Origin: Octopus sinensis
Lineage: Eukaryota
Assembly: GCF_006345805.1 (NCBI RefSeq)
Contig: NC_042998.1
Location: 24,180,001-24,244,000, forward strand
Length of the DNA stretch: 64,000 nt
Direction: 5' to 3'
Shown here: positions 12,700 through 26,200 of the stretch, piece by piece
Position numbering within the stretch: the stretch's first letter is position 1
Layout of the letters: every line of letters starts with the position of its first letter
Notes under the pieces: generated by a model
Database searches by the model: none
Seen by the model: the letters and a program-made list of their open reading frames with translations, nothing else
Told to the model about the DNA's origin: nothing
Position numbers and translations under genes: made by a program

Positions 12700-13330
12700 T
12701 GTAACAGGCTCCAGCAGTCATGGATCAAGGTGGAATCGATGGATGGTTCAAAAGATACAGGCTATAAAAACGGTCTCAAGTATCATGGAATTTCTTATTC
12801 AAGGTGTCAGCAAGCCAAGTGATGATGATAAACTTTTTTCAGTGCCATCTATATCTTCTAAAATCTTATTGGGGTTACCACCTTTGCGCTGGGTACACCA
12901 TATGGAATTTCTGCCTTCACCTTTTCTACATATTAAAGAGGGTCATATTTTCCTGCTTATTAGAACTTAGTAAATTAACTTTAAGGTTCCTTGATTCCAG
13001 GTTTTGCTTCCACACCTGGAATTTCTTTATTAACCCTGTCACAAATTCAGCTATAAGAACAGATTCATTAGTATAGAAGAGTTCCAATGGGTAAGTGGTC
13101 CTAAACTCCTCTATTATAGCCTGAAGGATTTGGTGAATAGGAGGGGTCAGCCTTAGTGAACTCCTAAATGCTCAATAAATTCATCACTGTTCTCACTGCC
13201 AGCTTTCCTCTTACGGACAGCAACTCTGAACATGGCTTCAGTGGCTCTCATCAGCCATTCATCTACTCCTAGTTTCTGCAGTGACCAGTTGATAAAGAAG
13301 TGATGGTCCCTGCTGAAAGCTTTGCCAAAG
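12700..13330 (-). pseudogene. Degenerate RTE reverse transcriptase fragment
   Basis: Minus translation FGKAFSR...WSLQKLGVDEWLMRA...GVH / LTPLLF...QAIIEEFRTTYPLELFYTNESVLIAE...KFQVWKQNLES parallels the 16585 ORF; YADD has decayed to YTNE. Confidence 0.8.
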
Positions 13331-13387
13331 TTCATTATTTATGTTATTTACATTATATGGATATTTGTCCTCATCTTGTTTATTGTT

Positions 13388-13430
13388 AACACGTTTCAAC
13401 TGATATACCCTACAGCCTTCATCAGGTGTC
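13388..13430 (-). ncRNA. Minimal type I hammerhead ribozyme, degenerate (3-nt deletion at the cleavage site)
   Basis: Minus strand GACAC-CUGAUGA-A-GGCUG-UAGGGUAUAU-CAGUU-GAAA-CG-UGUU. Confidence 0.5.
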
Positions 13431-13492
13431 TTGGGGGAAATTTCAAACCTGGGTTCTCATTCCTAAGGTATTTTTCAGTGTTGTTGTTGTTG

Positions 13493-13532
<40 letters not shown>

Positions 13533-13695
13533 CATTATTATTATTATTCAGGTCACTGCCTGGAATCAAACTGGAAATCTTGAGGTTAGTAGCCCGTGCT
13601 CCTAGTCACTATACCATATGCCTGTGGGCATATTGGTTAATAGCGCTGGCTACTAACCCCAAGATTTTGAGTTTGATTCCAGGCAGTGACCTGAA

Positions 13696-13814
<119 letters not shown>

Positions 13815-13872
13815 TAATACCAACATTGAAAAATACCATAGGAATGAGAACCCAGGTTTGAAATTTCCCCAA

Positions 13873-13918
13873 GACACCTGATGAAGGCTGGAGGGTATAT
13901 CAGCTGAAATGTTGTGTT
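13873..13918 (+). ncRNA. Minimal type I hammerhead ribozyme
   Basis: GACAC-CUGAUGA-A-GGCUG-GAGGGUAUAU-CAGCU-GAAA-UG-UU-GUGUU. Stem I is GACAC/GUGUU and stem II is GGCUG/CAGCU. The truncated third copy at 30506-30540 keeps CAGCCGAA-CGUUGUGUU, supporting an ancestral palindromic AACGUU stem III. Confidence 0.65.
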
Positions 13919-14340
13919 AACAACAAACCAGATGAGGACAAATATCCATCAAATGTAAATAATGTAAATAATGTACATAATTCCTCATCTCTTAAATATA
14001 GAACTCTATTTGCCAAGGTTGACAAAAACCAGGTACAGCAGTTTACTTTTAATTAAATACTTATGTAAAGACACAAAATGCATTATTTCTAGTCTAGTTC
14101 TCTTCCTAATTAGTTGAGTTGTAACACTTTTTGTAACTCTCATGACACCCTAACTATCACCCTTTCTATATTACCTGTCATCACTCCTTCCTCAATGATA
14201 TCCATTATTTACTATTATCATTATCATGCTACACCTCCATTACAGTCCGTCACTCACACCTTTTCTATCTCTCTCTTATATTAATCTCTTAAATTTCTAC
14301 CATCATACTTTTGCATTCTTTACCTAACCAACTTGATTCT

Positions 14341-14612
14341 TCTTTAGTCTTCATACCCTCTCTGTCTATTTAATTTCTCGGCTATGTTAATTTGAGTAAT
14401 GAGAATTTTTCAGTCTTACAGAATACAAGGTTACCCCACTAATGCTGGTGCTGTGATAAAATGTATCCAGCACTCTCTTCTTTAGCCTTTATGCTCTCTC
14501 TTTCTATTTAATTTCTCAGTTATGTTAATTTGAGTAATGAGGATTTTTCAGTCTTACAGAATACAAGGCTACCCAACTAATGCTGGTGCTGTGATAAAAT
14601 GTATCCAGCACT
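14341..14612. repeat. Tandem duplication, 2 x 138 bp
   Basis: 14341-14474 and 14479-14612 share taatttctc...gaatacaagg...aatgctggtgctgtgataaaatgtatccagcact, with scattered substitutions. Confidence 0.9.
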
Positions 14613-15384
14613 TTCTGTAAAGTGATTGGCAAATAAGCAAAGGGAGCATAAGATTGAGAGGACACTTTAGATGTGCTGAGGACACGACAAACTCTATTGT
14701 GCTGGTGCCACAATAAAATGAACCCAATGCAATCTATAAAGTGTTTGATGAGAGAAAGGGCATCCAGGTGTAACAACCAAGACCAAAATGAAACAGGTAA
14801 GGCGTGGTCATATGCACACCTAAGATATCAGTATGATGTTGACAATGATGATGATGATGACGACAACGACAACAATGATGATGATGATGGTGAAGATAAT
14901 GACTGGTGAAATTTTTGATCTGATATAATGATTTTCTTCCAGTTGCAAGAGGTAAACTTTTAAGAGCTTTCTGTTGTACACAGAGCCTTTTAAATGCCTT
15001 TCTCAGTTTTACTTATTATGTTTTCTTCATTTTGTTTTGAGAATACTTTTATTTTTTTCGATTGCCTGGTCTGTTCTTTATCAAGGTTAATGGATATTTA
15101 ATTCTTTTTGTACTTTCAGCTTGTTTTAATTCTTTTCTTTTTTCTTTTTATAACCCTTAAACCTACGATCTGTGTCATGATGTGAAAAAAATTTTTCTCT
15201 TCTTTGAAGGTGACAAATGTTTATTTCTTTGAATGGTAACTGTCAAGCCTAAAATAGAAACATTGAACTACAAATGTGAACAAAGATCAAAACGATTCAA
15301 GAAATGTGAGACAAAAGAATAGATATGGAAACACAAGGAACCAAAACACAAATAAAACACTCGTATATATATATATATATATAT

Positions 15385-18165
15385 CGCTAGCCAAATAGAC
15401 TTCATCCTCACCAGACAACGGGATGCAGGGTTGCTCTTGAATACAAAGACCCTCCCGGGTGAAGAATGTATCCCTCAGCATAGACTAATCATCAGTGACT
15501 TTAAGCTTGAGGCCAGAAGGACTCCAAGAAACAAACCAATCCAGAAAAGAAGGATTTGGAGGCTAAAGAACCCTTCGCATGGTCAGAAATTTAGGGACAT
15601 ACTCATCAAGAAATTTGATGAGAGGGAGGAGGAGCTTCAGACGTCAGACATAGAAGGTAGCTGGGAATTCCTACGGGACAGCTTGTTGAGTGCCACAGAC
15701 CAAGTCTGTGGATGGTGCAAAGTCCCTTCCAGACCTAGAATTACGTGGTGGTGGAATAGTGCAGTAGATAAAGCCATCTGTGAAAAGAGACGGGCCTGGA
15801 AAGCCTGGAAGGATGGGGGCAGCAGGGAACTGTACCAGATAGCCAAAAGGGAGGCTGGGCGGCAGGTATACATTGCCAAAGATGTAGCAGAAAAGAGAGA
15901 AGTTGCCAATGTCCAGCGTCGCGAGGATCAAAGAGCTGAAGTATTTCGGATTGCCAGACAGTGTGTCAGAGAAAATTGCGATGTTATAGGAGAGAAATGT
16001 GTCCGCATGGATGATGGGGCACTTGCTTTTACTACTAGTGAAAAGAAAGAGGCTTGGAGAAGCCATTATGAAAGACTGCTGAATGAGGAGAATGAATGGG
16101 AGGAGGAGAGCCTGCCAAATGTTGACCCAGTAGAGGGACCAGCTACCCGAATAGACAGCTCCCTTGTAGATAAGGCAATTAAGGATATGAAACCAGGCAA
16201 AGCCCCTGGCCTATCAGGAATCACTGCTGAGATGCTTAAAACAGCTGGCTATGTGGGCTATGCCATAGTCACCCGCATTGTAAACCAGGTAGTTCACAAT
16301 GGAGTCATACCCAATGACTGGTGCAGCAGCACCATAGTCAACTGCTACAAGGGTAAGGGTGATGCTCTAGATAGAAATAACTACAGAGGTATCAAACTGT
16401 TGGACCAGGTGATGAAGGTCTCAGAGAAGGTCATAACCAATCTCATTAGGGAGAGAATTTGTTTAGATGAAATGCAGTTCGGTTTTGTACCAGGTAGAAG
16501 CACACTGATGCTATATTCCTGGTCCGACAACTGCAGGAGAAGTACCTAGCTAAAGATAAACCCCTCTACATAGCTTTTGTAGACTTGGAGAAAGCCTTTG
16601 ACAGGGTTCCCCGTTCCCTTATCTGGTGGTCGGTGCGGAAACTGGAGATTGAAGAATGGCTAATAAGGGCTGTACAGGCTCTATACAGAGAGGCTGTCAG
16701 CAAGGTTAGGATTGGCAACGAATATAGTGAAGAATTCCGGGTAGAAGTAGGTGTGCACCAGGGCTCAGCCCTCAGTCCCCTTTTATTCATCATAGTCCTT
16801 CAGGCAATAACAGAGGAATTCAAAACGGGATGCCCCTGGGAGCTCCTCTATGCCGATGACCTAGCTCTCATAGCAGAATCACTACCGGAACTAGAAGAGA
16901 AATTTCGGGTGTGGAAGCAAGGGTTGGAATCAAAGGGCCTTAGAATAAATGTAGCAAAGACAAAGTATTAGTAAGCAGCAAGAGGTACTCAGCACACATC
17001 CCCTCGGGTAGGTGGCCTGCTCAACCTGTAGGAAAGGACAGGTAGAAACTCCATAAGATGCACCCAATGTAAGTTATGGACACATAAGAGGTGCAGCAAC
17101 ATTAAAGGGAAATTAACAGATAAGATAGCTTTCATGTGCGGCAGATGCACAGGGACAATAGACACAACAGACACTCAGAAAACAGATTCCATCACACTCC
17201 AGGGAGAGAAACTAGAAGTAGTTGATAGTTTCCGCTACCTGGGTGACCAAGTTAGTAGCGGAGGTGGATGCACAGAGAGTATCACCACTAGAATACGAAT
17301 AGCCTGGGCAAAGTTCAGAAAGCTCCTACCCCTACTGGCAACAAAAGGTCTCTCCCTCAGAGCAAAAGGTAGATTGTATGATGCATGTGTGCGAACTGCC
17401 ATGCTTCACGGTAATGAAACTTGGGCTGTGACTGCAGAAGACATGCGTAGACTTGAAAGAAATGAAGCTAGCATGATCCGCTGGATGTGTAGTGTCAGTG
17501 TGCACGCAAGACAGAGTGTAAGCATCCTGAGAGAAATGCTGGATATAAGAAGCATCAGATGTGGTGTGCAAGAGCGACGCTTGCGATGGTATGGTCATGT
17601 GCTGCGGATGGATGAAGAGAGATGTGTGAAGAAGTGCCACTCCAAACAGTTGAAGGTATCAGGGGGAGAGGTAGGTAGACCCAGGAAGACATGGGATGAG
17701 GTGGTCAAGCATGACCTCAGAGCATTGGGCCTCACTGAGGCAATGGCGAAGGACCGAGATCTCTGGAGATATGCTGTGACTACAAAGACCCGGGCTGCTT
17801 TCTGCAGCAATTCCACATACCCCCTACCCATTCTAAGTACCCCGGATCCCCAAAGTACCTGGATCCCCAAAGTACCCCGATCCCCAAAGTACCCCGGACC
17901 TCGTTGCCCCCGTGCCGCTGACACGTTAAAATGCTCGAACCGATCGTGACCGATGCCAGACCCTCCGGCCCTGTGCAGGTGGCACGTAAAAAGCACCCAA
18001 TCCACTCACGGAGTGGTTGGCGTTAGGAAGGGCATCCAGCCGTAGAAACTCTGCCAGATTCAGACTGGAGCCTGGAGCGGCCCCTGGCTTCCCAGACCCA
18101 GTCGAACCGTCCAACCCGTGCTAGCGCGGAAAGCGGACGTTAAACGATGATGATGATGATGATGA

Positions 18166-18170
<5 letters not shown>
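15385..18170 (+). mobile_element. RTE-clade LINE, 5'-truncated (end of APE domain + RT + Cys-rich region + 3' UTR + (GAT)n tail), frameshifted
   Basis: QIDFIL...QHRLIISDF (APE end); PGKAPG, NYRGIKLL, QFGFVPGRST, DLEKAFDRVP, GVHQGSALSPLLF, LLYADDL, FRYLGD, RLRWYGHVLR. Frameshifts near 16500, 16965 and 17020-17050. An 18-19-bp subrepeat occupies 17835-17897. Inserted next to (TA)n at both ends. Confidence 0.95.
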
Positions 18171-18200
<30 letters not shown>

Positions 18201-18243
18201 TATATATATATATATATATATTATGTATATATATATATATATG

Positions 18244-18299
<56 letters not shown>

Positions 18300-18438
18300 T
18301 ATATACATATTATATACATATATACACACATATATATGAATGTATGTATGTATATATGTATATACATATATATATATATTATATATATGTGGTGTGTGTT
18401 TGTGTGTTATATGTACATACATATATAAATACATAATA

Positions 18439-18482
<44 letters not shown>

Positions 18483-18487
18483 CATAC

Positions 18488-18518
<31 letters not shown>

Positions 18519-19134
18519 ATATATATCATCATCATCATATATATATATATGTATGTGTATATATATAGTACATATATACAAAAGCCAAGAAAAAAGGATA
18601 AGAAAACCGGCAAAACTGACAAAAATAATTCATTTGATTACAGTAAATAAATTTTCAGAATAAAATCTGATTTTTACAACGATTTCAAACATGTTTATAT
18701 AAAAAAAAACAAAAAAAAAAAATGTGCATGTATGTGTATTGGTGTGAGAGAGCATATATATGTATGAGCATGTATGTTTATGAGGATTATGTATATGAAG
18801 ATGTGTGTATGATCATGTGCGCATGATCATGTGTGTATGAGTATGAGTGTATGTGTCTATAATCAACATTGTCCATTTTGCGTCTATTTTTCCCCCCTTC
18901 TATGCTGTCATGGGATTCGCAAGACTTATTGAGGTGGTAACCCTCAGGTGGATGTCCTTCTGGTTGGTAACTCCTCACTGTTTTCCAAGGAAGGTATTTT
19001 TATTTTGCTGGCTTTCATACATCAAAGCTACCAAGCTACATGATATATCACGGGAGATGCAAATGTAACATCATTGCCATGAGACCACAGTATAGTAGGG
19101 TCAGTTGGGCACTGTCTCTGAGAAAAAAAAGCAT

Positions 19135-19335
19135 CATGACACAATTCACTCTGCCAGAAATTTGGAAACGACATGCTGTACTGCTTGGTATTCATGCCGA
19201 AAGCTCTAATATGAACATTTCAGAGTGTTTGGGTGTCGATCTAAGGACAGTGCAATCTGAGGACATGTACTGAGAGTGATAAAAATCAAGCATCCAGTCA
19301 ACATTTTTTTTTGGAGTGGTCACTAGTGATGGCTA
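19135..19335 (+). pseudogene. Internally deleted Tc1/mariner-superfamily transposase remnant
   Basis: MTQFTLPEIWKRHAVLLGIHAESSNMNISECLGVDLRTVQ (HTH-like) is followed after a jump by KIKHPVN..FGVVTSDG (catalytic-domain-like). Confidence 0.5.
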
Positions 19336-19532
19336 CTTCTTCTAGCATGTAAAATTACCTGTTATAGGTAGTTTCTCTTGTGTTTAAATGTACACTATTT
19401 TATATATATATATATATATGTTTTAAATAACGAGGGAGATAAATTGAATATTAATTTCATTGATATCAATTTAAAACCAGTAGCCTAGCATATATAAAAA
19501 ATCTGAAAAATCAGAAAAAATTTCAATACATG

Positions 19533-19756
19533 TGTATATTTAGGGCTAAACCACTAGGTGGATAACCATACGCTAGAAGAAGATCACATACGATCTAACT
19601 ACAAAGAAAGAATGTTCTCCAGAGAAAATTCAGCGACCACCAGAGTATAAGCGGGCAAGACAGATGAAAATTATATAAAAATCAAGAATTAGATTGTATG
19701 TGATCTTCTTCTAACATATGGTTATCCACCGAGTGGTTTAGCCCTAAGTATATACA
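19533..19756. repeat. Inverted-repeat element (MITE-like), ~68-bp arms, ~86-bp spacer
   Basis: tttagggctaaaccactaggtggataaccatacgctagaagaagatcacatacgatctaa vs ttagattgtatgtgatcttcttctaacatatggttatccaccgagtggtttagccctaag. Confidence 0.85.
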
Positions 19757-20234
19757 TATATATATATATGCATACACATATATGCATATATATATGTGTG
19801 TGCATATATATATGAAAACGATGAATAGCTTCGCGTAAACCATGGTCCTTTTTGTTCTCTTATTTTATTATCATCTTATAATCATCTCATAACAATGACC
19901 TTTATGACTCGTATTACTACCTCAGTCAATCTAAATGTATATATTTGTCGTTACCTGTCATAAATAGCCTTTTTCTATTTGCAATGTGCATTTTCGTTGA
20001 TTTTTCATATTTTACCCTTACATTTCCACGTGTATTTTATATTTTCTTTTTGTAACATATTTCTACTATATATATATATATATGTTTAAGTAGTTGAATG
20101 AATTATCCTAGTATGGATAATTCAGTTAACCGATACCCGGGTAGCGAATTTACGTCAGAAATTATGGTTGAAGCTTCATGCCAAGGGCAGAAATCACGTG
20201 CTTTCGTGTGGAAATTTGTGTATTTTTTTTATAG

Positions 20235-20411
20235 ATAAATGAAAGAATGGAGTCGAACGACGATTTAACAAAATTCCTTTATTCTTGACATATGTTTCGA
20301 AGACTGCATATTCTTAATTCCGAATTTGGAATTAGAATATGCAGTCTTCGAAACATGTCAAGAATAAAGGAATTTTGTTAAATTGTCGTTCGACTCCATG
20401 CTTTCATTTAT
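20235..20411. repeat. Foldback element (~88-bp arms) carrying the 3' half of a hammerhead motif in each arm
   Basis: Near-perfect palindrome centred at ~20324. Plus strand GUCUUC-GAAA-CAUG-UC-AAGAA at 20344-20364; minus strand GAAA-CAUAUG-UC-AAGAA. Confidence 0.85.
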
Positions 20412-21339
20412 ATATATATATATATATACATATATATATGTATATGTAAATGTAAATGTATGCGTATATATATATTTATACATGCAAACACACACAAGCA
20501 CATGAACTCACATAACACACATTAACACATACACATTATCATATTTAGGATAAAGGTCTTTATTCATATATGACTTGTTAAATACACAATTGGGATGCCC
20601 TTTAACGGATTATAATATTTAGGTGTTTCTAATGACATTTGACATTAAGAAAGAGAAAGAAGGAATGAGAAAAAGAGAAAGAGAGAAAGAGAGAGAGAGA
20701 GGGAGGTAGGTAGGTAGTATTAACTCTTTTATAACCATATTTCTCATGAAATACACTGTCTTCATATTTCATTTAATTTTGTAATTTTAATAAATCAATT
20801 TGCAACGATTTATGAAAACTGCGAAGTTTATCATTATTAGGTTTGTGCTTGGAACAGAACCCAATAGAAGATTCTTACATAAAATTATGATGGAATATCT
20901 TAATTTAAAATATAAACAATTTTAAGCATGAAGTTTTGTTTGTATCACAGAACCTGAGTCGGTCTTGGATGGTTTGGTAGCGTAAGGGTTAATATTCTCT
21001 CAGCTGTATGAGAAGGTGAGGGCGACCCGAGCTTTCCGTATTGTAAGATGTCATAATCAAAGAGATGCTGATTGTGTTCTATTAGAATATTAGTTATAGG
21101 TGAAAGAACATTGAATGCCATGAAAGGACACTCGAGAATAAGGTCCATTAATGAAGATCAATGTGTGTGTTCCTTTATGTAGGTTTCTTGTCAGGTGGTG
21201 ATAGGAGCGAGAAATGGAAATGATTTAATTTGATATTAAGTTGATGTGGGCTGTGAGAGTAAATTAGAGTTACTGAAGATTCGTTTGATGTGCTGTCATA
21301 TGTAGCCATTTACAATTATCTGTTGCTATATATACATAT

Positions 21340-21386
<47 letters not shown>

Positions 21387-21390
21387 TATA

Positions 21391-21422
<32 letters not shown>

Positions 21423-21488
21423 ATATATATATATATATAATATATATATATATATATACACATATATATAATATATATATATATATAT

Positions 21489-21556
<68 letters not shown>

Positions 21557-21776
21557 ATAATATATATATATATCTATATATACACACATATATACATGTA
21601 TGTGTGTGTATATTTGTATGCACATACACACTTGCACATATAAATATTTATATACCTGAGTATATATATAATTATAAATGCTTTTATAGTTCGTATGTAT
21701 ATGTATATATATATATATATTATATATATATATATATATTATATATATATATATATATTATATATATATGTGGGTG

Positions 21777-21819
<43 letters not shown>

Positions 21820-22663
21820 GTATATATATATGTATATATCTATCTATATACACACACACACACACACATATATATACATACATACATATATATATATGTA
21901 TGTGTGTATATATATATGTATATATATATATATATATTATATATATATACATATATATATATATATACATGAGTTTTGTAGTGTCAATGATTAAACAACT
22001 GCTGTTTGTCAAATACCAGTATTTGGGAAATTTGAATCTCCAGTTATTAACACAGACACTAACACATGTAACCACACACATTAACCTGCATTTGCATACA
22101 CACACTGACGCTCAAACGTATGCACACCTGGCAGAAGCTAAGTAAGTAAATGTCTCTCTGTTGACTTTTGACAATGAGCATTTGTTTGTTGAGCCAGCTG
22201 CTCATTATTTGCTAATTGAATTGGTGGTCGTGTGGCTGAGTATCTCACAGCTCTTTTACCTTTTGATTGCTTCGTTCATTAGGCTGTGGCCATGCTGGGG
22301 CACTGCCTTGAAGAATTTTAGCCGAGAACATCAACCCCGGTACTTAAGTTTTGTTTTGAATCTGATACTTATTTGATTAGTCTCTTTTCCGGAACTGCTA
22401 AGTTACTCAGATGCAAACACACCAACACCGGTTGTAATGTGGTGGTGGTGGTGGTGGTGGGCAAACAGAGATACAAAGACATGGAGATATATGCATGCAC
22501 ATGCACACACATGATGGGATTCTTTCAGTTTCCCTTTTCCAGATGCACTCAACAGGCTTTGGTCGGCTCAGGGCTATAGTAAAAGACACTTGCCCAACCA
22601 TGTCTTTGAGAAGCAAGCTTCTTACCACACAGCTATGTCTGCACATATCTCTGTCTGTCTGTT

Positions 22664-22727
<64 letters not shown>

Positions 22728-22961
22728 CTCTTTTCTTTTCTTTCTTTTCTTTTACTTGTTTCAGTCATTTAACTGCGGCCATGTTGGAGCATCGCCTTTA
22801 GTCGAGCAAATTGACCCCAGGACCTATTCTTTGTAAGCCTAGTACTTATTCTATCAGTCTCTTGTGCCAAACTGCTAAGTTACGGGGACATAAACACACC
22901 AGCATCAGTTGTCAAGCGATGTTAGGGGGACAAACACAGATGCACAAACATATACACACAC

Positions 22962-22992
<31 letters not shown>

Positions 22993-22999
22993 ATGGAAA

Positions 23000-23217
23000 G
23001 TTTACAAAAATAAACAAAAGACGAAGGCAGGTTTACGAAAATAAACAAAAGACGAAGGCAGGTTTACGAAAATAAACAAAAGACGAAGGCAGGTTTACGA
23101 AAATAAACAAAAGACAAAGGCAGGTGGAGTACAAACAAATAATGTATTAGTATGGCGCTAAGGAATAGAAATAAAACAAGTCTTTTACGTTTCGAGCCTA
23201 CGCTCTTCGAGAGAAGA
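23000..23217 (-). mobile_element. (TA)n-embedded element with 4 x 31-bp repeat and a core-degenerate minimal hammerhead
   Basis: 31-bp unit starts at 23000, 23031, 23062 and 23093. Minus strand 23217-23181: UCUU-CUCUCGA-A-GAGC-GUAG-GCUC-GAAA-CG-UA-AAAGA. Confidence 0.6.
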
Positions 23218-26200
23218 TATACATATCTACGACAGGTTTTTTTCAGTTTCTGTCAACCAAATCCACTCACAAGGCTTTGGTTGGCCTGAGGTTATAGTAG
23301 AAGACACTTGCCCAAGGTGCCACGCAGTGGGACTGAACCCGGAACCACATGGTTGGTAAGCAAGCTACTTACCACACAGCCACTCCTAAACAGGAATATA
23401 ACTGCAAATACATTTGCATTTACATTCATTGGAGAGTTGAATGCAACATTGTTCAATGGAGTGGAGTGGAGTGTAGTGTAGTGGAGTGGATGGTAGAAAT
23501 GCCACTGAACTTTAGCAAAGAAAAGAGAGAATCTCTCTTCAAATTCTTGTAAGAAGCTATACCAAAATGAGAAATAAAAGAATAAAACAATGAAAAAAAT
23601 CCTATGTGTAAACTTAAATTAGTTTCTAAAATCACGTTAACCACTTTTGTTAGAATGAGTATTTCTGTAAGTTATGGTCTTACGGAGTTATATATGTAGA
23701 TCATGTTTCCATATCCTTTTGCTTAGAGGTGTACCCTATTGATATCAACCATCAGCCAGAGTTTACCCCTGATTCTTTAATGCAAACTTCTTGTTTAACC
23801 CTTTGGTATTCAGATTATTTTGTCAAATGTAATGCTTATTTATTCGCATTGTTTTGTATTAATCATGGATTGTCTCATAGCTTCAAGATTTTGATGATTT
23901 AGTTATTTATTTTAGAATGACATTGTAGGGTAGGTGTGAAAGGCCAGATTTGGTCAGCTTGAAAACAAAACTTAAAGGATATTTGGGCTTGATAAGGCGG
24001 CAAGCTGGCAGAAATGTTAGCATGCCATTATGTTCTGAGTTCAAATTCCGTTGAAGTCGACTTTGCCTTTCATCTTTTTAGGGTCAATAAATTAAATACC
24101 AGTTGAACACTGGGGTCGATTTAATCGACTGGCCACGTCCCCGCCCAAAATTTTGGGCTTTGTGCATAGAGTAGAAAAGAATATTTCATTCTTCTCCACT
24201 TTAATTCTGCCAAGGTCGAATTCTGCCAGTTGTGTGACACCAGAATCTGGCACAGCTATGACTTTACTTAGCTTGATGGGTCTTCTTCTCAAGCAATGCA
24301 TAAGGCCAAATGTCTCGGTCATTACCTTCGTGATGCCCAACACACGAAAGATGATTTTTACATGCCACTGACATTGGCCACATTAGCTCCATGAGGCTAA
24401 ATGCTTCAAAGTTGCTTTTTACAAGCCACCGGCATGGGTGCTAGTTACATGACACCAGTATCAGCCTTATCTCTCTTTACTCTTTACTCTTTACTCTTAC
24501 TCTTTTACTTGTTTCAGTCATTTGACTGTGGCCATGCTGGAGCACCACCTTTAGTCAAGCAAATCGACCCCAAGACTTATTGTTTGTAAGCATAGTACTT
24601 ATTCTATCAGTCTCTTTTGCTGAACTGCTAAGGTACAGGGATGTAAACACACCAGTATCGGTTGTCAAGTGATGGCGGGGGGACAAACACAAACACACAA
24701 ATATACACACACATATACATATATTTATACAGATATACGATGGGCTTCTTTCAGTTTCCGTTTACCAAATCCACTCACAAGGCTTTGGTCAGCCCGAGGC
24801 TATAGCAGAAGACACTTGCCCAAGGTGTCACGCAGTGGGACTGAACCCGGAACCATGTGGTTGGTAAGCAAGCTACTTACCATACAGCCACTCCTACATC
24901 TATAAAAAAAAAAAAAAAGTTCAATGAAAAATGGTATTAGTTGGAAAACATTTGAAATGAAGTCACTTTGTCAAGAGCCAAGGAACAACAACAGCAACAG
25001 GAGGCGCAATGGCCCAGTGGTTAGGGCAGCAGACACATGGTCGTAAGAAGACGGTTTCGATTCCCAGACCAGGCATTCTGAGTATTTATTGAGCAAAAGC
25101 ACTTAAGCTCCATGAGGCTCCGGAAGGGGTGGGTGGTGAACCCCGCTGTACTCTTTCACCACAACTTTCTCTCACTCTTTCTTCCTACTTCTGCCACAAA
25201 GCAGAGGAACCGTGGTGTAACCCACTATGGTGTGGTAAACTTTCTAGTCTAGATTGCGAATCCTCTGTACCCCGGGATGGTTCAGCTCTCCACCGTTTAT
25301 GGAATGAGGATAACAATGTAGCTTTGACGCCTGTTTTTGTATATATATATATATATAAATTGTATAAAACAGAGCCAAAATCCGGTAAAGGTCAAAAACT
25401 GAAAATCAGTTTTGAAATTATATAACAACAGCAACATCAACAACAACAATAACGATAATCATGGTGATGATGATGATGAGGATAATGGTTAATAATTCAT
25501 ATTTTAAATGCTTAATTCCATAAATAATATTTGCTGGTTGAAGGTAGCCAGCTGGCAGAAATGTTGGCATGCTGGGCAAAATGCTTAGTGGTATTTCGTT
25601 TGTCTTTATGTTCTGAGTTCAAATTCCGCTGAGATCGACTTTGCCTTTCATCCTTTCGGAGTCGATAAATTAAGTACCAGTTGCATACTGGGGACGATCT
25701 AATCGACTGTACCCCCCCCCCCACCAAAATTTCGTGCCTTGTGCTTAGAGTAGTAAAGAATATTTGCTGGTTTTAAAAAATAGCTATATTACTCTGTAGA
25801 TATATATATCTCTATGTGAATGTGTGTATGGATATATGTAAGCATATATGTGTTGATGTACACAAATACACATACATACACCCATACACATATACACATA
25901 TATACATATACAAATACACATCATCATATATATAATATTTCTAAACACACAATTTCAACCTTTTAGAAAATAATATTTCTGTGATGGTTGCAAGAACATG
26001 CTCTATTATCTTAGAAAGGGGGAAAAGTATGAAATCCTATGGAATTTCGCATGCAGATGGATCAAGTCAGCAGTTTTGCACTCAACAAACCTGGCATCAT
26101 TTTCTCCGTGACAAAAATGACAATAAAATATAAATATCTGACATGGCAATATTATTGAGTCACCATTATGTTATACATGTTCGGGTTGAAAAGCTAAAGC

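Noticed and set aside
13547-13695. Functional tRNA-Ser genes
   Set aside because: No acceptor-stem pairing or long variable arm, and the 3' ends run into (TAA)n; treated as SINE heads.
19812-19845. CGATGA...TAAACCATGGTC hammerhead-like string
   Set aside because: Both core halves are defective and stem II is poor; indistinguishable from chance without a consensus.
20945-21250. Possible decayed LINE C-terminus (LILECPF...DILQYGKL)
   Set aside because: Resemblance is too short and fragmented to assign.
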